From Podarcis tiliguerta (taxonomy: Eukaryota), in NCBI GenBank assembly GCA_965153285.1, contig OZ229117.1: 64,000 bases of DNA. One strand, 5' to 3'. The notes under the pieces are model-generated. The model was not told where the DNA came from. It ran no database searches and saw only the letters and a program-made list of their open reading frames with translations. Positions 12,101 through 24,100 of the stretch are shown here, piece by piece. The stretch's first letter is position 1; each line of letters begins with the position of its first letter. Both the position numbers and the translations under genes were made by a program.

Positions 12101-15100
12101 GACCTTGCCTAAGCACTACCCTCAGGCCAGGGGTTGACAGGCTAGAGATCTTCTTTATTACATTAATTGCCTCATTTCCTCCCAAGGAGCTCGAGGTTGC
12201 ACTCATGATTCTCCATTTCCCCATACGGAAGTTTTTAACATTTTATTATGCTTTTATATGTTCTGGAAGTCGCCCAGAGTGGCTGGGGAAACCCAACCAG
12301 ATGGGTAGGGTATATTATTATTATTGTTGCGGTTGTTATCATCATCATTATCATTATTATTATTACTATTATCATCACCACCACCCTGTGAGGTAGGTTA
12401 GGCTGACAAGACAGTAAGGTTAAAAGGTTTCACTGCTTCAAGGTTCAACAGTGGAAATTTAATCCTGATCTCCCAGGTCTTAGCCCAGTTAATATCTCTC
12501 CACCTTATTCCATATTTTGGGGAAAATGTGTAGAAGTGAAGAAGTTGGTGAAGGGGAATACTTTTCCCCATAGGTCTGAAAATTTATCGGGTCCCTTATT
12601 AGCACCTTTAAAGCTAACCAATTCAGGCTGCAATCCTGTACATACTTATCAAGGAGCAATTCTCATGGAGTAGACAGTACATATTAGTATGATCCTTGGC
12701 TTGCTGTTGTCCACTAGACACAGGAAACTATGTTGGTCTGTTCCAGAGATTTATGCTGGGTGGGGTTTTGTAAATAATAATCATAATAATCATAATAATA
12801 TTTATGTGCTAAGTTAAATTTTAAATTCTAAGTTTCCTTAGAATTACAATAATTTACTATTACAATCCATGTTTAATGACATTTAATTAAATGTACTTTT
12901 ATTTATTTCTTTAAATGTGCAGTTATTTAAAACGAAGATTAAAAATGCCCTTATGCATGATTTTAAAGTGCCCTTTTGCGGTAGTTCTCTCCCCCCACCC
13001 CATGATTCCTTAAATAAAATCCTGAGGACCAATGTGGATAGTCAGCTGCAATTCCACTGATATCGTGGAAGAGAAGGGCAATAATTGGGTAGTGCCAGGT
13101 TCCACCTGTCTAGAAGCACCCTTAGTGGTATAAAAGATAGGGCCAGTGGGTTGAGGGCTGTTGAGGGCTGCTGTTGCTGAGAGGCTATTGTCTGGAGTTG
13201 GGCGCTCTGGAATAGCTTGTATGGATTCTCAGCAATGAAGTCTTCTTTTCTTTTTGACTTCCAGGCCCGAGTGCCAGGCTTTGGGCCTAACCATCCTGGT
13301 AGATGCCCGTCGATGCTCTCCAGTCCCAGCTCTCTTTAAAGCTTTAGCTGTTCTGCAGGTGAGGCCTTTGCTACCAACTCCTTTGTCTTTTCCTCTTCCT
13401 TCCAACCCCAAGGAGTGACCAGAGGAACCCAGTTAGAACAAGCAGGTGGCAGTGCCCATCAGGCCATCAAATTTATCTCTTTCACTTTAAAAAAAGGAAT
13501 GGCTTGTAGGAAGGCAGAGCAAAGTCTGTGCAAAGCAAACAGTCAAGAAAAGATCCTCGCCCGGCTGCTCATAAGACCAGACGAGACTTTGGACCAGAGC
13601 CAAAGCCAACAGCAGGGGCTCCTCCAATCTCTGTTTCTGCTCTTTCAGGATGCTGTCCCTCGCTGTATCCATGGGGCCCTGTTGCTTGTTGAGAAAGATA
13701 TCAGTTTTCGATTGGAAAAACCAGCTTCTATACAGGTATGAGTGGTATTGACACACCTTTTTCATCTCTGAGCACTTCACTCTTTTACTCTCAGGCTTGT
13801 TTGCCTCTGCAATTCTTTGTAGTATTATCTAGCACAGAGTTTGAATGTAGAAGAATTTCAACTTCCTTTTATTTTCCGTTATTTAGCTTCCAAGCTCAGT
13901 TGCAGGGAGACTTTAGAAAACGTGTTGGATGGGCCTGTCTGTGTGTCACTCCAGGTTGCATGGACTGGCACACTGTGACTTTATATTTTTAACAAACCTG
14001 CTTAAATGACTACCTTTTGTTTGGAGAGGTGTTTAACACTACACCACTCAAATAAAAGGAACTGCTGGGGGATACAGTCCACTTTTCTGTAAAAATGTTT
14101 TTTTCCTGTAGATATTTATCTGCTGCCTCCCAGTGAGAAGAAAAAGAGCCATTTTGAATTTCCCAAAATGCAAAAAGCACATCAGAACAGGGCTTTATAG
14201 GAAAAACAAAAAGGCTGCTCTGATTCTCTCTCTTCCCTTCCCACAAATTAATTTCACATTAGCTCCAAAATACTGCTGAGACAAAACAGCTTATTTCAAA
14301 GCTAGTAAAGAAGCTCAAAAATTGTCCTTTTGGTCTAGCTGCAGCATTGATATTTGTTCCTCTGTGGCCTCTTGCAATCCTCCAAATATAAAAGGTTCTC
14401 TCCAGCTACATTCAACTCAGAACAGACCCATTGAAATTAATGGATTTAAGTTAGTTGTTTTCTGTTAATTTTAATTGGTTTACTCTGTAATACTTAGTTG
14501 GTGGCAACCAAAAGTTCAGAATAAAGCATGCAATCATAGTTTTTGTTTGTATGGATTATTTTGGGTGAAGGGGTGAAGACTGTCAACTTGCTCCAGATCT
14601 GAACATATTTGTTTCAAATTACAAAAGTGTTTTGTGCCCATTCAATTTTCATGACTTTTCCCTCTTTTAGGATGACAACCTGACTCTTTTGTGCATGATT
14701 TAGATTTCACATGACTTGAGCATGTGGAAAGGAACCAGCTTCTCAGGTTGAGAGAGCAAACCTGACAAGCAGACAGCATCAACATGCCAATATGTCGGCT
14801 CAAAGGAAAGACAACTATTAAACTAGGGAAGGAGGCTGGGGAAGGCAGGGAGATGTTCTCAGTGCTAGAGGAGAAATGGCTTAAGCCTTAAGCCAAGGAG
14901 ACTCTGGAAAGAAGGGAGAGCAGCAGAAGACACCAAACAAGTACAGTCATACCTCGGAAGTCGAATTGAATCTGTTCCAGAAGTCCGTTTGACTTCCAAA
15001 ACGTTTGGAAACTAGGGCACAGCTTCTGATTGGCTGCAGAAAGCTCCTGCAGCCAATCAGAAGCCGTGGAACCCGCGTGGATGTCCAGCTTCCAAAGAAC

Positions 15101-18100
15101 ATTTGCAAACCAGAACACTCACTTATGGGTTTGTGGTGTTCAGGAGCCAAAACGTTTGACTCGCAAGGCATTCGACTTCCAAGGTACGACTGTATTATCA
15201 ATTGAACCAGATAAGGAGTGCTTTCAGGGGAAACCTGAGGGCATTGCTTCCTTTTTGTAACTCATGCCTGACCCTGGGTAGCTCCTCTGGTGCTGCTCTG
15301 CTGAGCTGCCACCAACCAACTGGTCATCTTGAGTTTCTGTTGTTGGGGGTTGGGCTGTGGCAGCCACCCTTCACCCGCCTTGATTTGTTAGTCTGTGTTC
15401 ACTCCATGCACTTCTCTTTCATTCAAGGAAAATCTCAGGCTCTCAGCATCCCTTGGCTCTTGGGACAAGTTTTTAACCCATGGTGATCAAGAATCACTCT
15501 GATCCTCCCTATCCCCTACTGCTGGCCAAAGATAGAGGCAAAACATAGCCATCATGGCTGGTAGCCCTTGACAGCTTTCCCCTCTTCTGTGAGCTTGTCG
15601 TACCTCCTTTATAAAGCTAGCCAAGTTGTTGATCTTGACTGACTTTTGTGGGAGAAAATACCGCAGCTCAGCTAGGTGATGCTGTGTGAAAAAGTCCTTT
15701 CTTTTCTCTGTCCTGAACCTTCCAATATTCCTCTCTTGTTGCCCTAATCTCTCTCCTCTCTGAACCTCTCCTGCAAGTGCCTTATCCAAGATGCAGCACA
15801 GCTGGGAGGTATCGGTGTGAAGGCCAGCAGGAGAGTCCAGGCCCAGTTCGCTGGCCCATTGGCCTATCTCAGGGCTCTTTTTTTTTTAATGATATTTTTT
15901 ATTTTAACAATCAGTAAACAAACAATACAAACAAACAAATACACAAAAGAAAATAAAAACAACACATACAAACATTATAAAACATAATATGCAATCAAAA
16001 ATAAAGAGAAAAGTTAAAAACAATCATTGTGTCTTTACGTTATTTAACATTAACCTGGGTCTGCGACTTCCCCAAACCTTCCCACTCTGTATTCTAGATC
16101 TTATAATCTGACAGTAAATTCTTTCCATTTGGCATTATCTTTGGTTCGAATTGCCTATCTCAGGGCTCTTTGCCTCAGCTTTGCACTTGCATGTTTGTTT
16201 CTCTTCAGTGGGAACTTCTCACCTCCATGAAATCCCTCCACAAGCACATCGAGGGGGGGCAACTGCCCCTGGAATTTGACGGGTCCCTTCCGTATTGCCA
16301 TCAGGACTGGCTGCGCTTTCGAATGGTGAGTGATTGATGCTCAGATCTGGGCCCAGTAATGCTGCTGCTTGGTGGTATAAGCAGCTTTGGCCTTAGTCCA
16401 GACCAGTCTCTGGGGCCTCCCAGCTTTCCCCTCCCTAACCCAGGAGAAAACTGCTTGGTCTGGGAGCCTCAAGGAAGGAGGTAGGCTGTCAGTCAACTCT
16501 GTACTGCTTGCTGGCCTTTCAGCGCCTGGAGCACTTGCTGCATGGATGCGAAGATGCCGGCACCTTCCTCAGGGAAGCCATCCAAGCTGTGGAGTCCAGC
16601 AGCTGGCCAGAGAAAGCGGAGGTGAGTCTTCTGCTTCCCGTCTATAGAACAACCACCACTTGTTTCAAGAGTTTGAAGAGTAAGCAAGGGGAGGGGAGCA
16701 CTGAGTAAATGACACAAACACTAACATTTACAATCGCCCCAATGTATCATTATTATGTTTGGCCGCCATGGCCAGAAATGAGGGTCCGCTCCAGGAAGTA
16801 AAGAACAGTTGCCCAGAATGTATTGTGGGAAGGGAGTGGTGTGTCAGTCTTGGGCATCCCGGTGCTTCTTTCTTGCCACAGAGAGACAGCTTGCTGGGGA
16901 GGAGACCCTGGAGTGCCTGGAGACCTGGCCAGGCCAGCAGGCTTTGCAGCACAACTACAGCAGAGAGCAGGATGTAAGGAGGCAGTGCCCTCTGCCATTC
17001 TGTGTCATCTTTTCAGTGTGAAACTTGGGTGCCTCTTGCTGTTCTGTTGGCCTCAGAGCAGCACCTACCTGTGTCAGGAAGGACGGAAAAGGACCAGTTG
17101 ATCTCAGAACAAAACGACTGGGTCTAAATCATCATCATACCTCAGCAAAGAGGGAGGATTCTCATCTTCTGTTCCCAGGTCACTTTTAGGAGCTTGTGAG
17201 GGTGGGCAATTTTCTCAGGCTGCTTTTCATTCTGGTTAAGAAAAACATTTGATTGTAAATGCCCTGAGCAGGGTCTGTGTGCTTTTCTTGGTTTCTCAGG
17301 AGGCTGATGCCTTGCTGAAGAGCTACAGGCAATTAATGAAGACTGTTCTTGATGATAGACGGCTGGTCAGGCTGCAGCTGGAAGGAGGGGCACTTCTTGC
17401 TCGCCTGAGGAAAGAAGAGTCCTGTGTTACTCTGACGGAGGACTACAGGTGAGTCGATAGGGAAACAGAGAGTGGGGAGGGAGGGTGGCCAGGAGAAAAG
17501 CAGGAAGGATGGGTGTGCTGTGAAAGGCCTCCAAGCACACAAGAACTGCCACTCTGTCCCCCTAATGCATGAAGCCATAGGGGCTCTGGCAATTCAGATT
17601 CTGCCCCCAAATTAAAAATAAATGACGCCCATAAATAACTATGACTCATATTAAATTATTTTACTATCTAATGCTTATCCAACCTTCCCTCTGAGGAGTT
17701 CAGAGTATGGTACGTGGTGTTTTATCCTCCCAACAACCCTGTGAGAAGGAGGTAGCTTAGCCTGAGAATGACTTGCCCATAGCTCTTCAATGAGCTCCAA
17801 GGGCAAGGAGGGATGCAAGCTCTAGTCCTTTATCCACCATGTCACACTGTTTTGTGAGTGACATGTTTGAATGATTCAGTGATGGAATGCTTTTTGTTTA
17901 TTTGCATAGAGGTGCTCTGTTTGCACACTCTTCATACCACTTCCCAGGCAGGCCCTAGCTCCTCCCTCTGCAGCTTCCTTGGGTGGGTGGGAGGAGAAGA
18001 GCCTCTGGCTCTGCCTGCTGGAGGTTCTCCCCCTGCCCTGGGACTCCAGGCTATGAGGAAGGGAGAGCTGCCTGTCTGCAGCACAGCAGCAGGTCTGCTG

Positions 18101-21100
18101 ATCTGGACTCTGGAGATTTGGGCAGGGATTTGTTGTGCGCACGCACAAGTGTGAGAGGCAAAAATGTGCTGTGTTGTTCAAGTGACGGCCTGCAGAATCT
18201 AATTGCATTGAATTGCACAAGCAGAAAAATGCCCTCTTGGGGCTGGTCCACATGTCTGCTTGTCCCATGCCTAGAAAGCATGGGTTTGAGTGGTTTTCGC
18301 TTGTTCAGTGCTTTCTAGGCACAGGTCTGAGCAGTTTTGTGTTTGCCCCATTACTTCCCCCCGCCCCCGAAAACCACTCTTCAGTGCTAAATCAGAATAA
18401 ATAGCAACCCGTAGAAAATCCAATTGCCATTTGTTCCAATTCAGCACTAAACCGTGGGTTTTCCTGAGGGAAAGCGGGGGTGGGGGGAGGAAGTGTGGAT
18501 AAGCCCTTAGTCTCACATTAGTACTTTGAATACTTCTGAACTTGGGATGTGGCTGCACAGACCAGTCCTTCTATTGATTTGCTTTCAGAAAGGGCCTCTC
18601 GCCACTAGCAGGGCTGTATCGTGCCTGCTCAGGGGGACAGGGAGGAAAAACATCGGCTTTCAGCAGTATACAGGAGTAGCAAAAAAAAAAAAAAGTTCTT
18701 GATGGATTGCCTGCTGCTTCTTGTGTCTGTAACAGTGTAATGCAAAATAGGTCTCCCCTATCTGTCTGGCTCCTGTGGGAGGATCACATGTACAGACTTG
18801 GGGGTCCCTTGTCACCCTGCCTTTATTGATTTACTCAGATTCATGACAAAGACCTTGGCTCCTGGCTGCCTTTACCTTGCTGTTGAACCAGTTTGCTGTG
18901 TTTACCTTACCTTTCTGCCTGTTGAAAAGCTCCACTCCAGTTGCACTCAGGTCTTGTTTGCAAGATTCCCACAGGCATCTGGTTGGCCACTGTGAGAACA
19001 GGATGCTGGACTAGATGTGCCACTGGCCTGATCCAGCAGGCTTTTCTTAAGTATGCAAATACCAAATCAGCTCTTTGTACCAATGCGCTTTTCCAGCAGT
19101 GCTCTGGGGAGTCTGCAGTAAGCAAGCCCCAATGACCCAAGCAATGAGCCAGGGCTTTCCTTTGGGGGTACTTTCCACTGCACTTGAACGGAAGTTCAGG
19201 GCCCTTCCATATGGAAGGTGGTTGGCTTTCCTCCAGCAATCAGAATCCAAAAGCAGGGATGGGGAATCTTCTTCAGACAGAGGGCCACATTCCCTTCTGG
19301 GTCGCCTTCCAGAGGCCACATTACAGTGGTGAGTGGGACTAGAGGCAAAAGTGGACAAAGCAATGGGGGTGAATTTGTTTTACCTTTATACAGCCATCTA
19401 GTTTCTGTTCATGCATACATCATGCAGACAAAGAAAGAAGTACCGGTATTAAATGAGTTCATTCTACTCAGGCAAAAGCAGTACTGGTGGGTGTGGCTCA
19501 GGAAGGGGCGTGGCCTGGCGAGAGTCCTGTGGGCGCTGGAGGGCCACATTTGGCCCGCGGACCAGAGACTCCACATTCCTTTGCTGAAGGAGATGGCTGT
19601 AACCTTTCCTCCTAAGGGAGTTTCTCCACCCTCTTGATCATTTTGAACCTTTTCACACCCTATAATATCCTTTTTGGGGTGAGGTGAGTAGAAATGTACA
19701 CAGTCTTCCTGGTGTTGTTGCACCATAGGATTGCATAATGGGGCATTATTATGCTGGCAGTTTTAGTTCCAATCTCTTTCCTAATAATGATCCCTAGCAT
19801 AGAATTAGCCCTTTTTCATGCTGTTGGCCGCACACTGGGTTGACATCTTAATCGAGCTATCCACTGCAACCTTATTTATTGAATTTACTTATTGAATTTA
19901 TATCCTGCCCTTCCTCCTTAAAACAGCCTTTGTTTTTAGAATCATTTAATTGTAGAGTTGAAAGGAACCCTGGGGGTCATCTAGTCCAACCCCCTGCAAT
20001 GCAGGAATCTCCTGGTTAGTCACCTTCAGCTCAGAACCCAAGAGAACTGATTAAGCCCCACTTAGCTGACAAGTAACAAGCTGTGCAGCATCAACCCTAC
20101 TGCCCTCAAGAGAGTTCCAGGCCATTTTGCCAACACTTGGATCACCCCCACTTTGTATGCCTGCACTCCCACCTGGGCTGTCCTAAGGCTGCCAGTTCCT
20201 TCTGGTGCTTTTGCAAGAGTGATGGCCTAGCTCTACCTGTTGCTTGGCTCTGACCTGGTTCAGCCTGGGAAGGTCTCCTTCCAGTCTGTGGCTTGCCTTG
20301 TAAGGCTGTGGCCATGCTCAGGCACTGTGGATGGGCTCAAAAGACTCTGAAGACTAGCTTCCATGGGGCAGAGAGCTCTCCCTGCCAGGGCCAGTGGTGA
20401 TAAGACAAAGGGCTTGCCCCCTGCTGGCCCGTACTTGAGAAGCTGGCTTTGAAGACGTTCCTCTTTCTGCTAAGAGTGCCTGCATTTTCCTTTTGAAATT
20501 GAGTGAGTTCAGTTTCCTTATTTCTCAAGCACTCCCACCAGCCCTTCAATGAGAGAAAGAGCCTTCAGCCTGGTAAGGAAATCTCCAAAAAGGAGTCCTG
20601 CCAAAAGCAACTTTCAGACACAGGAGTCTAAAATTACCCTGGAATCACACAAGACATTTGTTGGCACTTGCTGTTGGAACCTTCCCCCCACCCCCCTACA
20701 AAGTAACATTGGCCAAGGAAAACAGATTCCGGTGGGGAGGGGGAGGCTCTAAACCCACTTCAAGCGTCTCCTTTTTGTTGTAGGCCTGCTTGAATCTGGT
20801 GATTTGATCTGGAAAGTATGTGTGGGGTAACCTCCTTTACTGAGCTCAGCACAGGCGGCAAGGCATACTGGCGCGCTGCCATCCTAAACTTTTTGCCCCA
20901 CTGCTCCGCTTACCAGATCCTTCTTCAAGGCTTTGAGCACAGCCTAGGCAAGGCCCCTTTCGGCTGGCTGTGACTGCTGCCTCCTGCACAGCACAGAGCA
21001 GAACAGGCAGCCATTGGCTGTGTTTGCCCCAGATTCAGATGAAAAGGGAAGATGAATTCATTGATTGGATGAACTTCTGGACCAGGAAAGGTCTCTGTGC

Positions 21101-24100
21101 AAGCTTGCCAGCAGGAGTAATGGGCGGTGGGGGTGGTAGCAGATCGAAAAAGTGTCCGCACTACCTTCTCCACCTGCAGTAGTTCTCAGGGCAGACTGAG
21201 ATGCTGCTGGGTGTGAAATGAACTTTGAGGCAGCCTGGCAAGCCATGCAGCCATTCACAAGGAGAGCTTCCTTTTCCCACTCCCACAAATCCAAGCAGAA
21301 GAGAGGACACCAGCAGCTGCTTGCTGCATCCTGATCAGAAGGGAAATGAAGCTCTTAGAGGGCAGTGGGACATTGGCATCTGTTCTCTGCCCTGCCACAT
21401 GGCTGTGCAATGAGCTGGTGCCCTCCTTTGTCACCCCATCACCCTCCAATGTCCTGAAATCTTGGGCCTTTGAGTCACAGAATGACTCAGGAATTTAAGC
21501 AGTACTCACAGTAGCAGGTTGTAAGAAACTGGAACTCCAGCTGATGATGCCTGGGCCATGCTTCCCTTTCAGAGATGCGCTGGAGGCAGCTGTTGCACTT
21601 TACAATGGAGTGGACGAGGGCATCCATCAGCTGGTGATGATGTCAAACAAGCGCATCCAGGCCCTGGAGCTGGTGATAGACTTTGGAGCCTTTGAAGAAA
21701 GCTTCCGGGAGGTTTGTTGACATTTTCCCGGCAGCTCAGATGGATTTACAACCCAATCCTTTTAACTGCTGTGCTGGCCAACTATGCACAGTTAGGCTCA
21801 GGAGTTGGTGTTGACAGTGAAGCAGAAGGTCCACTAAACAGCACCTAGGGTGTCTGAAATTAAATCTTGACGGGGCTGAAATAGTGGTGATTGGCAGGCC
21901 TTGGGCCAATGGGAGTTTCTTTCACCTCCTTTGGCCACTCAGTCTTGTAGCCTGGGGTTGAGGTTGATTGGGTGTGATCCATCACTGGAGCAGGTTAACA
22001 CCACTTGTTAAAAAGGCTCTGGCATTTTAGAGGTCAGTAGATATATGTGCATCCTGCATTCAGTTTGGACTCATGTTTTCTGTTATTGGAAGAGCAGTGG
22101 GACAGGGCCTTTCCCTGGGCTTGGCAGGTAAGGCTCCCAAAAACGTCCACAATATAAGGACTGTGCTAGGAGCATGAGCAGCAGCATCTAGGAACTCCAG
22201 GAGCAATGAGAAGTGCCACAATTGCACCGTCCCAGTCTCTGGAGTCAAGAGACCTCATACTCAAAGTGTTGAGCAAAGAGCTTAAGAGCCCGCCCTCTGT
22301 CGTGACAAGCATATGGATTTATTCATTCTAAGTATTTTTATGTAGCCAAGTTCTCAAGGCAGCTTACAACACAAAACAGGATAAAAATAAACAACATGAA
22401 AATAGATCAAAATCTGAAAGTAGCACAGAATCACATGGCAGAGATTAAAAATAATAATAATATAGAAGGCTAAATGATTAAGAGGAGAGGAGATTCCCTT
22501 AAGTGGGAGGTGGAGGAGGCACCACTCTTTCCCTGGTAGACCAAAGGGCGGGGTGACTCCCATTCTTTCCAGGAACAGGAGTGTGTGGTTTTGCTCTCTG
22601 AAGGCGGAGAGGCTTCTTCTTGGCCCTGATCTACCTTTTTGCCTCTTGTAGGTCAGCAGATGGATGGAGAATGTTGGTCAAACACGACTCATGGAGCTGA
22701 GTGAGCTGGATGGTTCTTTGGAGGTCTTGCTTAAAGCACAGAGGCAGTTCCAAGACTTTGAGCTCATTGCAAGTGTAAGTCCTCTCCCGACACTCTCCAT
22801 GCAAATCCACAGGCTGGCTGCTTTGTTTAGAGGCAAACACTTTTTCATTAATATACCATATTCCAAGGCTGAGCACTGACATGAAAAGAGGTTCTGGGGC
22901 TAAGTCCTGAAGAACCTTGGCTCAAAGAAAACTTTCATTGTACATTGATTGTGCCTCAGTGAACTTTAGGATCTGCACTGCAGGCAGGACTCTGCATGGG
23001 CAACTGCAGTAGGTCCTCACTGGAGACTGGGAGTCTCCTGATTTTTATATGCATATGTGCACATACATACCTCAGAACCAGTGATGGAAAGATCTGCCCA
23101 CTTTAGCTTTCTCAGGGTTTATCTGCACATCCATTTGTTCCATGTTCTTCTGCTTGTCGCAGTGCAGATTAGTACTGCCACAAGTTTTTGTGCGGGATTC
23201 TGGGTTCCCATGCCACATCTTCCTCCACGCTATTTCAAGGAGGCATCTCTGAAAGAGGCGAAAGAGGGACACTCGCACAATGTGCCACAAGGGAAAATGA
23301 GTGTTTTTCTGTTCAGGTGCCCAGAAAAGGATTGGATCAGAAGGGGAACAAATTTCTATTTGGTCTTAAAGGGGTTTTTCTTTTGTTCCAACACAGTAAT
23401 AAAAAGCATGGCTTATTTTGGTTGGGGTTTTTTTTTTTTCATTTCTACACTGGGATATAAATGAAAAGCTTTTGGACATGTTGCTGATTTGATGCAAATT
23501 CTAAGAAACCGCAGGGCAAACGGAAGTGTGAACAGGCCCTTACTTTCTCATTTTTCCAATCTCAGATTCAGTTCTCCACATTTCTGCAGTAATTTGCATT
23601 AAAAAAATATTAATGGACATTCTTCAGCATTTAGTGCAAATATATCCTAATAAAAACATTATTAAATGCAGTTTAGACTAATGCACACGTTTTTGTGAGC
23701 GATTTCTTTTAACAAAATGCCCTTTTGTATGTTATTTTTTACTAATATAGTCCACATTTATGTGCCCTTTCTCCTCATATATGCATATATGTAAACACTG
23801 ATTGGAGAACTGCAGCACAAAATTTGGATAAGTGTGAATGTCAAAGGATTGTTCTGTGTTTCAATTCTCATAACAATTTGGAAACTGCAGGTATGATTGA
23901 TTTGGCTTTAAATGTCAACTGAATCAAATTTCTTCTCCATTGCTGCTCAGAACTCATCTTTTTTTCCTTCCAACAGTGTTGGAGTGGAAGTTGTAGGACA
24001 CCATTCCCCCTCCCTTATTCCAGTTTGTATTGCAGTGTTCTCAGAGATTTTGCTTGCGATGGCACTGAAGACTCTTGGCAGCAGTTAAAAGGGCTGTTGT

